A stretch of 8,360 nucleotides of DNA from an uncultured Gammaproteobacteria bacterium (GTDB lineage: Bacteria; Patescibacteriota; Microgenomatia; Daviesbacterales; UBA10151): contig CAZFVS010000044.1 in the NCBI GenBank assembly GCA_964522265.1, positions 1-8,360 of the forward strand. Direction: 5' to 3'. This document shows, one piece after another, positions 1 through 6,944 of the stretch. A program made the translations under genes and the position numbers. Numbering within the stretch: the first letter of the stretch is position 1; every line of letters starts with the position of its first letter. The notes beneath the pieces were generated by a model. It was not told where the DNA came from and did no database searches. It worked only from the letters and a program-made list of their open reading frames with translations.

Positions 1-533
1 AGTTGTTTGGTGGTTTCAATCTTTCTCAGTTTTCTCTCTTCAACAATTTTTCCGGCAATTTTTTTGGCAAACTTCTCCTCCCCCAATCTCCCAAAAAGGT
101 CTGCCAGCTCATCCTCATACAACCCGTTTACTAAATCACTGGCTTTCACACTGGTCGCAGAATCCATCCTCATATCCAAAGGTGTATCTTTACTGAAACT
201 AAATCCCCTCAAACTACCCAGCTGGTAAGACGAAACTCCCAAGTCAAAAAGTATTCCAGAAATAGTTTCATCATTCACTATTTTTTTTAAATCAGCAAAA
301 TTACCCTTATTGAGAATTAATCTTTTTTCTTCTATCTCTTTACGGAATTTTTTGGTAACTTCTAAAATTGCTTCCGAATCCTGATCAATCCCCAAAACCT
401 TCCCCCCTGCTTTTAAAATCTTTTCCGTATGCCCTCCTCCCCCTAAAGTCGCGTCAACATATAAACAGTCTTTTTGGATATTGAGGCAGTCAACAACTTC
501 ATCCACTAAAACTGGGGTATGGAAATTATCCAT
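1..533 (-). CDS. rsmH: 16S rRNA (cytosine1402-N4)-methyltransferase RsmH/MraW, N-terminal 177 codons; the 3' end runs off the window
   Basis: My own translation of the minus strand from ATG at 533-531 gives MDNFHTPVLVDEVVDCLNIQKDCLYVDATLGGGGHTEKIL...GILFDLGVSSYQL...RGFSFSKDTPLDMRMD..., open to base 3. It contains the hallmark RsmH motifs H-x-PVL, DxTxGGGGH and D-L-GVSS-Q. The ORF track omits it because it is partial. Confidence 0.9.
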   Translation of the reverse strand, partial: MDNFHTPVLVDEVVDCLNIQKDCLYVDATLGGGGHTEKILKAGGKVLGIDQDSEAILEVTKKFRKEIEEKRLILNKGNFADLKKIVNDETISGILFDLGVSSYQLGSLRGFSFSKDTPLDMRMDSATSVKASDLVNGLYEDELADLFGRLGEEKFAKKIAGKIVEERKLRKIETTKQ

Positions 534-1854
534 ATATGTATTTTACAACAGTATTTAACTGAAGTTGTTGTTTTGGGGTTAAATATTTCTCCGATAAAAT
601 TGAGGTATTAATTTGTCCGGATTTCGCTATCGCACCTAATAAATATGCACCATCCCTTAAGGTCCTTGCTTTACTTTTTTGGTCTAATGAAATCAAACCA
701 AATTTATACTTATTACCCAGCATCCATTCCTGTGTATCAATGGACGCCCAGTAATAATAACCATTGATTTTTACACCTTGACTGATCGCCCCTTCTATAG
801 CAATCAGGTGGGTTAGGATATAAAAAGCCTGCATCTTACCTTCCTTATCTGCAATACCATTTTCTGTAATTATGATAGGTTTCCTGTATCTCTTGTGTAA
901 ATCCATTAACAGGTCATGGAAAAAAACCGGCGTTATAGACCACCCTGTATCAGAAACAAATCCTTCCGGTTTAACAGTTTCCAAAAAAGGTGCAGTCTTT
1001 ATCACACCTTCAGCATCATCACGTAAAGTTACCTTTATGGTTGGTTTAAATTTTAGGAGATAACTATGATAATAATTGACACCGATAAAATCTACAAAGT
1101 CTAAGCTTGAATCAATTAATTTATTATTCCCCAAATAATTTGCAATACCTGTTATTTTCCTGTCCAAAAAGGAGTTGGGGTTGTGAGGGGTCAAAAACTT
1201 GACTGCATTTGCAACTCCGACTTGAGCATTCGGGATATGTTTTTTTAAAAGTTCAAAGGCATAATAGTGAGCCTTTCTCAAATTTTGCTCCACCTGGAAA
1301 ACTTGATCTACTCTAAATTTTTTACCGGGCGGCCAACTGCCAAAAATATATCCCATATCAATAATTTGACTGGGTTCGTTTAAGCTGACCCATTTCGAAA
1401 CATCTCCAAATGCGTTTACCACAACCTCGGTATATTTTTTAAAGTCTTGGGAGATTTTTGGATTTTCCCAACCACCTTTACCGGCTGCCCAAACCGGCAG
1501 GGTAAAATGATTTAGGGTAATCATCGGTTCCATCCCCAACCCTTTCAGGCTGTCAACCATTTCTCTGTATCTTTTAATTGAACCTAAATCTATCTTTCCT
1601 TCTTCAGGCATAATCCTCGCCCACTCAAACCCTAATCTTTGGGCATTTAATCCCAAATTTCTAAGGGTTGTAAAATCTTCTTCAGCAACACCTTTTACCC
1701 ACCAGTTTGGATTTATTCCATCGGGATGGCTTAAATTTTTTTCAGGGTGTCTTTGTAGATAATCGTCCCAATCTGTTTTTCTATCTCCAGTGTTACCCTC
1801 CACCTGATATGGTGAAACAGCGCTGCCGAAAAGGAAACCTCTGGGAAATTCCAC
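526..1854 (-). CDS. Glycoside hydrolase family 1 beta-glucosidase/beta-galactosidase-like enzyme (442 aa)
   Basis: The 442-aa ORF has a GH1 N-terminal signature (FPRGFLFGSAVSPYQVEG). The acid/base motif LNEP has its Glu codon at 1375-1377. The nucleophile motif ITENG has its Glu codon at 862-864. The start is GTG (1854-1852). The TAA stop at 526-528 overlaps the rsmH ATG. Confidence 0.9.
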   Translation of the reverse strand: MEFPRGFLFGSAVSPYQVEGNTGDRKTDWDDYLQRHPEKNLSHPDGINPNWWVKGVAEEDFTTLRNLGLNAQRLGFEWARIMPEEGKIDLGSIKRYREMVDSLKGLGMEPMITLNHFTLPVWAAGKGGWENPKISQDFKKYTEVVVNAFGDVSKWVSLNEPSQIIDMGYIFGSWPPGKKFRVDQVFQVEQNLRKAHYYAFELLKKHIPNAQVGVANAVKFLTPHNPNSFLDRKITGIANYLGNNKLIDSSLDFVDFIGVNYYHSYLLKFKPTIKVTLRDDAEGVIKTAPFLETVKPEGFVSDTGWSITPVFFHDLLMDLHKRYRKPIIITENGIADKEGKMQAFYILTHLIAIEGAISQGVKINGYYYWASIDTQEWMLGNKYKFGLISLDQKSKARTLRDGAYLLGAIAKSGQINTSILSEKYLTPKQQLQLNTVVKYIYG

Positions 1855-1861
1855 AGACTGC

Positions 1862-1914
1862 AGTATAATTTTAAGATGCCTCTTCTTGCAATAGCCTAAA
1901 CTTTATGATAACTT
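1862..1914. promoter_or_regulatory. Putative back-to-back divergent promoters sharing one palindromic -35 hexamer
   Basis: TTGCAA at 1886-1891 is its own reverse complement. On the + strand, a 17-nt spacer leads to TAACTT (1909-1914), then 8 nt to the tldD ATG at 1923. On the - strand, an 18-nt spacer leads to TATACT (1867-1862), then 7 nt to the GH1 GTG at 1854. No purine-rich SD precedes either start. These are motif matches only. Confidence 0.35.
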
Positions 1915-1922
1915 CCTAACAA

Positions 1923-3488
1923 ATGTCAAAATCAATTGAGATAACAGACCTGGACAAAATTAAACAGGTTGTAGGCAATATCGTTTCGGATTCTAAAAAT
2001 TTACCGGATACCAGTTATATAGATATCCGTGTTGAAGCAGGCGAGGGAATTGGTTCCTACAGCGAAGATGGTGAACCGAAAAGCACCAGTAAAGATTGGA
2101 ATTTTTCCCTAGGTGTGAGGGTCATCGCCGGAAAACAGATTTTAGCTGCAGGCTACTACGGCAAACAGTTGGGGGCAGCGGACCTTAAAAAATTTTCCAT
2201 TACGGCCAGGGAGGCTATCGCCATCGCTCATGAGCGTGCTGCAGCAAATGCATTTTACAAAAATGGGTTTGTCAAGAATTGGGGTGATTTTGGCCACACC
2301 GTCAATCCGACAAATCTTGCCCCAATTGAAATTCATAACCAAACTATAGCAGCAGAGTATGAGATTGATCCCCGCTCGATAACCCCTGAAAACATCACAG
2401 ATTATGCTTGTGACTGCGCCAGAGTTGCTAAAAACCATCATCCGAATATTAAAAGGGTGGAGCTTGTAGTAAACACCGGCATCTCCCGCCAGATCTTTGC
2501 TTCATCCGAAGGATCTCTAATAGATCAATCATTTGCTTCAAGCGGGGGGACCGTTTTTGTAGTTGCAGCAGATGATCAGGGCGGCAAACCAGTGGATTTA
2601 TATCACCATACCGGCAATCAGCTTGGGTTTGAAGCCTTAATTCAAGGTAAAAATTCCCACGAAAAAAACTTTGCGCAGTTTGCGGAACAGATCGCAGAAG
2701 AAGCATTGCAACTCAGCCGGGCTAAACCAGCTCCGGCAACAGATAAGCAGGTAGTTGTTGTTTTAGATCCGGATCTTCTCGCCCTTTTTGCCCATGAAAT
2801 AATCGGGCATCCTTCTGAACTGGACAGAGCCTTAAAAATGGAAGCAGGGTATGCGGGCAGGTCCTGGTTTTTACAGGACTTAAACCATACAATGGTTGGC
2901 AAACAGGTTGGTTCAAAAATTTTAACCGCTTTCTCCGATCCAACCCTTAAAGGAGGTTATGGCCACTATCTTTATGATGATGAAGGCACTCCTGCCAAGA
3001 GAGTTTACCATATTAAAAACGGCATCTATCGTGATTTTATGAACAGCCGCCAGACAGCCGGCATCATCGGCGCCAAACCAAACGGGCATTACAAAGCAAA
3101 TGACGCCTCAGTCATCCCCGTAATCAGGATGTCTGTTTCTGCGATAGCACCCGGAGATCAAGACCCCCAAAAAATCATATCCGAAGTAGAACACGGCTAC
3201 TATTGTGTGGGCCACCGGATCCCGTCAATCTCTGAATCCAGGGAAAATTTTCAGATCGCTCCAAGGCTTATTTATGAAATTAAAAACGGGCAGATTGGAG
3301 AAGTCTTCCGCGATGGCAGGGTCACTGCAGATTCCAAAGATTTTTTTCTGTCGATTGATGCTTTGGGGAAGGATTTTAAAATATTTGCCATACCAAATTG
3401 TGGTAAAGGTCAGCCGATGCAGGCAAAACAGGTCGGTAACGGCGGGCCTACTGCCAGAGGCAGAGCCAGAATAGCAAGGGGGGAATGA
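1923..3488 (+). CDS. tldD: TldD-family zinc metalloprotease (521 aa)
   Basis: The 521-aa ORF has an HExxxH motif, HEIIGH, at nt 2793-2810 (res 291-296). It also has the conserved C-terminal TldD motif N-C-G-K-G-Q-P...GNGGP, with the Cys codon at 3399-3401. It is paired with a PmbA-like gene through an ATGA overlap, as is typical of tldD/tldE. Confidence 0.85.
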   Translation: MSKSIEITDLDKIKQVVGNIVSDSKNLPDTSYIDIRVEAGEGIGSYSEDGEPKSTSKDWNFSLGVRVIAGKQILAAGYYGKQLGAADLKKFSITAREAIAIAHERAAANAFYKNGFVKNWGDFGHTVNPTNLAPIEIHNQTIAAEYEIDPRSITPENITDYACDCARVAKNHHPNIKRVELVVNTGISRQIFASSEGSLIDQSFASSGGTVFVVAADDQGGKPVDLYHHTGNQLGFEALIQGKNSHEKNFAQFAEQIAEEALQLSRAKPAPATDKQVVVVLDPDLLALFAHEIIGHPSELDRALKMEAGYAGRSWFLQDLNHTMVGKQVGSKILTAFSDPTLKGGYGHYLYDDEGTPAKRVYHIKNGIYRDFMNSRQTAGIIGAKPNGHYKANDASVIPVIRMSVSAIAPGDQDPQKIISEVEHGYYCVGHRIPSISESRENFQIAPRLIYEIKNGQIGEVFRDGRVTADSKDFFLSIDALGKDFKIFAIPNCGKGQPMQAKQVGNGGPTARGRARIARGE

Positions 3489-5044
3489 ATATGCAGAGTT
3501 TGGAAAAACTGAGAGAAACCACCAAACAGGGGATAGAGATTATAAAAAAGCAGCCGAATATGATCGAAGGCTTAGTGTATGCATCATCTAATTCCAGGAC
3601 TGTCGGCCGCATTGTTTATACCACCCATATCTCCTGCAATGGGGTGGAAGAGTTGAAATCGGATGAAGACTTTGGGGTGGCTGTCGAAATCTGGTTTAAA
3701 AAAGGCAAAAAGAAACTTCTCGGATTCGGACACGAACCAAACGATTTAAGCTTAGCAGGCGTCAAGAAGGCCTTAAAAAAGGCCAAAAGAGACGCTGTAG
3801 AAGATAAGGATTTTAACGGTTTTTTAAAACCCGCGGATTTTCCTCCACGCCAAAAACAACTCAAGACAAATTACCATGATCAACAGGTTATGAATATGAC
3901 TTTTACAGATGAAGCGCAGCTTCTTGCAAAATTAAGCTGGGAAACAATAAGCGGCGCTGTTGACGCAACTATTCCGTTTGCGAAAAAGCATAAGAAATCA
4001 CCTGAGGATCTATCCTTTATCTTAAACGGCGATAACTTTATTATCAAAGAAAGGATGGCGCTTGAGACAACCAATGGTATCTCAGACTCGGATGAAACAA
4101 CCGTCATCCTGTCGTTTTTAACTGCTATGCTGGAAAAAGAAAACTCCAAAGGCTCTTCCTGGGGAGGAAGATTAAAATTCGGCGACGACTTTTCTGCTTA
4201 TGAAATCGGCAAACGGGCTGCTCTGGCAGCCATAAACGGTATCGGAGGAACCCGCATACCTTCCGGAAAATACCAGGTGGTATTCGGTCATCAGGCAGTA
4301 ACGGAACTGTTTAGTCTGCTTGCCGGCCATCTCAATTTGGGGATGGTTGATATGGGGGCAACAATATTTTTAGGCAGATACGGACAAATGGTTGCCTCTG
4401 AAAATTTGACATTATATGACGATGCCACCCTGGAGGGAGGAGCCGGATCAAAGAGGATTACTTGTGAAGGTTGTCCAACAGGCAAAACCCTCCTCATTGA
4501 TAAAGGTGTACTCACGGGGTATTTAACAGATTGGCGCACTGCAACCAAAGTTTTAAATAAAAAACAGGAATCCTCCCGAAAACTGGGGGTTGACCCTCAT
4601 GAAATAAGACATGCCTTAAGCCCTAATAATGGTTTCCGTTTTGCCAGGGGAGGAGGCAGGGTAGCAAGCTCAGGAATTGGAATCAATGCAACAAACCTGG
4701 TTGTGGACAGCCCAAAACCATTACCCCCTGAGAGAATCATCAAGGATGTAGAAGACGGTGTATTCATCGGCAGACTTTGGTACACATATCCCGTGGGAGG
4801 ATACTCTTCAGGAATAATTTCCGGCACTGCAGTTGCAGACTGTTACAGAATAAAAAATGGCAAATTATCCGAACCAATTTTGCCAAACACCTTAAGGCTG
4901 GAAGATAATTTAGGCGAGATGATTAAAAATATCATGGCTGTGGGCAACAACCGCGAGCAGACTATCCTTTGGGCCTCTGACGAGATCACCCATGCTCCCT
5001 GGGTGGCAATAAAAGATGTAAATCTTGTTTCAATTGCAGAATAG
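3485..5044 (+). CDS. pmbA: PmbA/TldE-family protein, the non-catalytic partner of TldD (519 aa)
   Basis: The 519-aa ORF has TldD/PmbA-like C-terminal features (GxxxGRLWYT..., G-rich segments) but no HExxxH motif. Its start ATG 3485-3487 overlaps the tldD TGA 3486-3488. An alternative start at ATG 3491 lies 7 nt after the G-run AAGGGGGG (3476-3483), which is a better SD spacing, so the true start may be 3491. Confidence 0.75.
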   Translation: MNMQSLEKLRETTKQGIEIIKKQPNMIEGLVYASSNSRTVGRIVYTTHISCNGVEELKSDEDFGVAVEIWFKKGKKKLLGFGHEPNDLSLAGVKKALKKAKRDAVEDKDFNGFLKPADFPPRQKQLKTNYHDQQVMNMTFTDEAQLLAKLSWETISGAVDATIPFAKKHKKSPEDLSFILNGDNFIIKERMALETTNGISDSDETTVILSFLTAMLEKENSKGSSWGGRLKFGDDFSAYEIGKRAALAAINGIGGTRIPSGKYQVVFGHQAVTELFSLLAGHLNLGMVDMGATIFLGRYGQMVASENLTLYDDATLEGGAGSKRITCEGCPTGKTLLIDKGVLTGYLTDWRTATKVLNKKQESSRKLGVDPHEIRHALSPNNGFRFARGGGRVASSGIGINATNLVVDSPKPLPPERIIKDVEDGVFIGRLWYTYPVGGYSSGIISGTAVADCYRIKNGKLSEPILPNTLRLEDNLGEMIKNIMAVGNNREQTILWASDEITHAPWVAIKDVNLVSIAE

Positions 5045-5068
5045 GAAACAACTGGCAATCTGCCAATT

Positions 5069-6619
5069 TCAATTTGTATAGTCTCTGATAAATCTACCAT
5101 TTCTATATACTCTTGTTGGCACATCATAAACATTGACAACACCAGTTCTAAGGTTAAACATTCCATATACAAAATCTGCTTCAGTATTATAATTACCTTC
5201 CCTATAACCAAATTGTATTTTCAAAGATAATTGACCCTCTATCTCTTCAATTATTATACCTTGTCGTTTAAGAAAAGCTTTATAATCAGCAGCGTGAATA
5301 TCTATATCTCTTAATTCCAAGGATAACATCTGAGCTAATCCATTCTTTACTCCTGTAAAACATGAAACCAAACCAATGGCTGCATCTTGAGTAAAAGCAT
5401 CTCTTAATTTGCCTAAATTTCTCAACTGAGTATCGATATTGGCTCCACCTAAACCAATACTGGATCCTGATTCATCTTCTCCGCCTAAATTTATAAAGTC
5501 AGTGTCTCCATGAGCCATTAGTAACATATAGGCAATTCCTCCATGATTGTTTGCAGCACTTCTAATTACTCTGGAAATATCTTCAACATTTCCGGCTTCA
5601 TATACTTTTAGTCCATATCCAATTGCTTTAACCTGTTTAAAGGCATGAGTTATTTGTTCTTTCTCTTTATAAGCCACCCCATTGATATCGTGCTGTGCTC
5701 CAATAATAATTCCATATGGAATATCCTGTTTTTCGTAGAAATCATACTGCTCTATTAATAAATCTAAGGGGTATCTAAAAAAGCTTAAAATTCCATACCT
5801 ATTGATTAAAATTTTGGTTATTCCTGGTCTCGTTTTTTCCAATTGACAAATAAGCCCAAAATTATCAAAATATATTGATTCACTGCCTTTGGTTCTATCT
5901 TGTGTTTTTCCTACTGAATCATCCCAAGCATTCATTATTCTGGTAGATTGTTCTCCTGTTAATTCATCCAAAACAGCTGCCATCCGCAGTGGCCTGTCAT
6001 ATGTATTACTTCCCAAAACACCTAAATTAAGAATTGAATTTACCTGTCGGGAAAATCTTCTTGATAGGGCTCTATCTGGGGTGATTGCAGCTCTTACAAG
6101 TCCTTTAATTTGCTGAGGAGTCCCCGTTGCAATTAACCGTTTTACAGCATTTTCAACTTCTCTGTCGCTAATCTTCTCAGTTTCTAATAAAAGATTAAAA
6201 TTGTTTGTTATTATTCCATCTGCTATTGCCACCAACTTTGGATCAGGCATATCCCCAAAAGAATGGGCCAATTTAAATGCTGGCGCAAGATATGTACCAG
6301 GCTCTTGTTGAATATAACTATTTATATCCTGAAGAATAATTTGTGCAAAAGCGGGAATTGCATCTACCAAATCTCTGTTGGATGAAGTCCGTCTCATTTT
6401 AGACAGACGTTCTAATAAATTCAGAGTCGTTGTAAAATGAGGCGTTCCTAAGGACAATTTGAACAAGTGCATGCTTTCTTGTATTACAGCAGCAACCGAG
6501 GTTGCCTTATCTATACTCATAAAACCTGCATTTAATGCATCTCCACAACTCCTTAAAGCTTCTTCATAAGCAGTAAGATCAAAATCCTGCCGTAATATTC
6601 TATCTGATTGTTCAACCAT
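5069..6619 (-). CDS. Hypothetical protein (~516 aa): helical N-terminal region plus a C-terminal domain with a caspase/CHAT-like His...Cys dyad (putative clan CD-like cysteine peptidase)
   Basis: This is a long uninterrupted ORF. I place the start at ATG 6619-6617 (MVEQSD...) rather than the track's TTG at 6655, because that TTG is the first half of a perfect -35 box. The C-terminal third alternates hydrophobic strands with catalytic-looking residues: YGIIIGAQHD; AYMLLMA-H-GD (His codon 5510-5512); 50 residues later, AIGLVS-C-FTG (Cys codon 5360-5362). I recognise no family for the N-terminal ~300 aa. No obvious signal peptide or TM segment was seen. Confidence 0.8.
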   Translation of the reverse strand: MVEQSDRILRQDFDLTAYEEALRSCGDALNAGFMSIDKATSVAAVIQESMHLFKLSLGTPHFTTTLNLLERLSKMRRTSSNRDLVDAIPAFAQIILQDINSYIQQEPGTYLAPAFKLAHSFGDMPDPKLVAIADGIITNNFNLLLETEKISDREVENAVKRLIATGTPQQIKGLVRAAITPDRALSRRFSRQVNSILNLGVLGSNTYDRPLRMAAVLDELTGEQSTRIMNAWDDSVGKTQDRTKGSESIYFDNFGLICQLEKTRPGITKILINRYGILSFFRYPLDLLIEQYDFYEKQDIPYGIIIGAQHDINGVAYKEKEQITHAFKQVKAIGYGLKVYEAGNVEDISRVIRSAANNHGGIAYMLLMAHGDTDFINLGGEDESGSSIGLGGANIDTQLRNLGKLRDAFTQDAAIGLVSCFTGVKNGLAQMLSLELRDIDIHAADYKAFLKRQGIIIEEIEGQLSLKIQFGYREGNYNTEADFVYGMFNLRTGVVNVYDVPTRVYRNGRFIRDYTN

Positions 6620-6655
6620 GTTGCGTATTATAAGATATTCTATACGCAGTGTCAA
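6620..6655 (-). promoter_or_regulatory. Consensus sigma70-type promoter driving a probable leaderless mRNA
   Basis: The minus strand reads TTGACA (6655-6650), a 17-nt spacer, TATAAT (6632-6627), then ACGCAAC (7 nt), then ATG (6619-6617). Both hexamers are perfect consensus with optimal spacing. No SD is present between the -10 box and the ATG. Confidence 0.6.
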
Positions 6656-6680
6656 ATACCCTAAGCTATGAGTTCAGTTC

Positions 6681-6772
6681 TTCCCAGTGTCATCCCCGCG
6701 AAAGCGGGAATCCATACCAATAATTATTTGTATAGATTCCGTGTCAAGCACGGAATGACAATGTACTGGGAA
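6681..6772. repeat. Nested composite palindromic element (REP/MITE-like), non-coding
   Basis: The outer inverted repeat is TTCCCAGT (6681-6688) / ACTGGGAA (6765-6772). An inner repeat is GTCAT (6689-6693) / ATGAC (6755-6759). Hairpin 1 is CCCGC-GAAA-GCGGG (6695-6708). Hairpin 2 is ATTCCGTG-TCAAG-CACGGAAT (6736-6756). An alternative central stem pairs GGAATCCATAC (6707-6717) with GTATAGATTCC (6730-6740), 10/11 bp. The element is locally GC-rich within an AT-rich intergenic region. Confidence 0.8.
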
Positions 6773-6944
6773 ACTCTGAATAGTTACCCCTAAGCGGGAT
6801 ACCAATGTTGGCAACTGTCTTAAATGTGGACGAAGTTTTTACGAGCGCAGCGCGTACTCCACGAAGCGGAAGAATCACCAACTAGTCTTGCATTCTGAAG
6901 TAAATCTAAAACCCTACTACCTTCTTGTAAAGGATCAACTCTAT

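Noticed and set aside
7-228. 73-aa + strand ORF from the track
   Set aside because: It lies entirely antisense to the well-supported rsmH reading frame. The peptide is low-complexity (S/F/L-rich) with no recognisable motif.
872-1063. 63-aa + strand ORF inside the GH1 gene
   Set aside because: It is antisense to a 442-aa ORF with clear GH1 catalytic motifs. It is short and has no start context.
2142-2943. Four overlapping minus-strand ORFs (99, 85, 86, 73 aa) inside tldD
   Set aside because: They are antisense shadow ORFs within the relatively GC-rich tldD gene. They overlap one another in different frames and have no motifs.
3205-3474. 89-aa + strand ORF in an alternative frame of the tldD 3' end
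   Set aside because: It is an out-of-frame overlap with the conserved C-terminal TldD motif region, and the tldD frame explains the sequence.
3616-4827. Four minus-strand ORFs (82, 89, 85, 76 aa) inside pmbA
   Set aside because: They are antisense shadow ORFs within a continuous 519-aa PmbA-like frame.
5053-5065. Small hairpin TGGCA-ATC-TGCCA in the 24-nt gap between the convergent pmbA and orphan genes, as a possible bidirectional terminator
   Set aside because: It has only a 5-bp stem with a 3-nt loop and no convincing U-run on either strand. That is too weak to call a terminator.
4843-5211. 122-aa minus-strand ORF bridging the pmbA 3' end and the 3' end of the orphan gene
   Set aside because: It overlaps two better-supported convergent genes and the 24-nt gap between them. 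It has no motif and no promoter-like element.
5889-6116. 75-aa + strand ORF inside the orphan gene
   Set aside because: It is antisense to the 516-aa ORF and has no support.
6620-6655. TTG start codon at 6655 giving a 528-aa version of the orphan protein
   Set aside because: That TTG is the first three bases of a perfect TTGACA -35 hexamer, and the extension would encode the whole promoter. The ATG at 6619 is correctly spaced for a leaderless start.
6681-6772. Possible CRISPR repeat or array
   Set aside because: The repeats are inverted and nested, not direct repeats separated by unique spacers of regular length. No cas genes are present, and no direct repeat of 24 nt or longer occurs twice in the window.
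6668-6793. 41-codon + strand ORF (MSSVLPSVIPAKAGIHTNNYLYRFRVKHGMT...) spanning the palindromic element
   Set aside because: The 'protein' is simply a read-through of the hairpin repeats, giving VIPAKAGI-type strings. Its symmetry is at the DNA level, there is no SD or promoter, and it is best explained as a repeat element rather than a gene.
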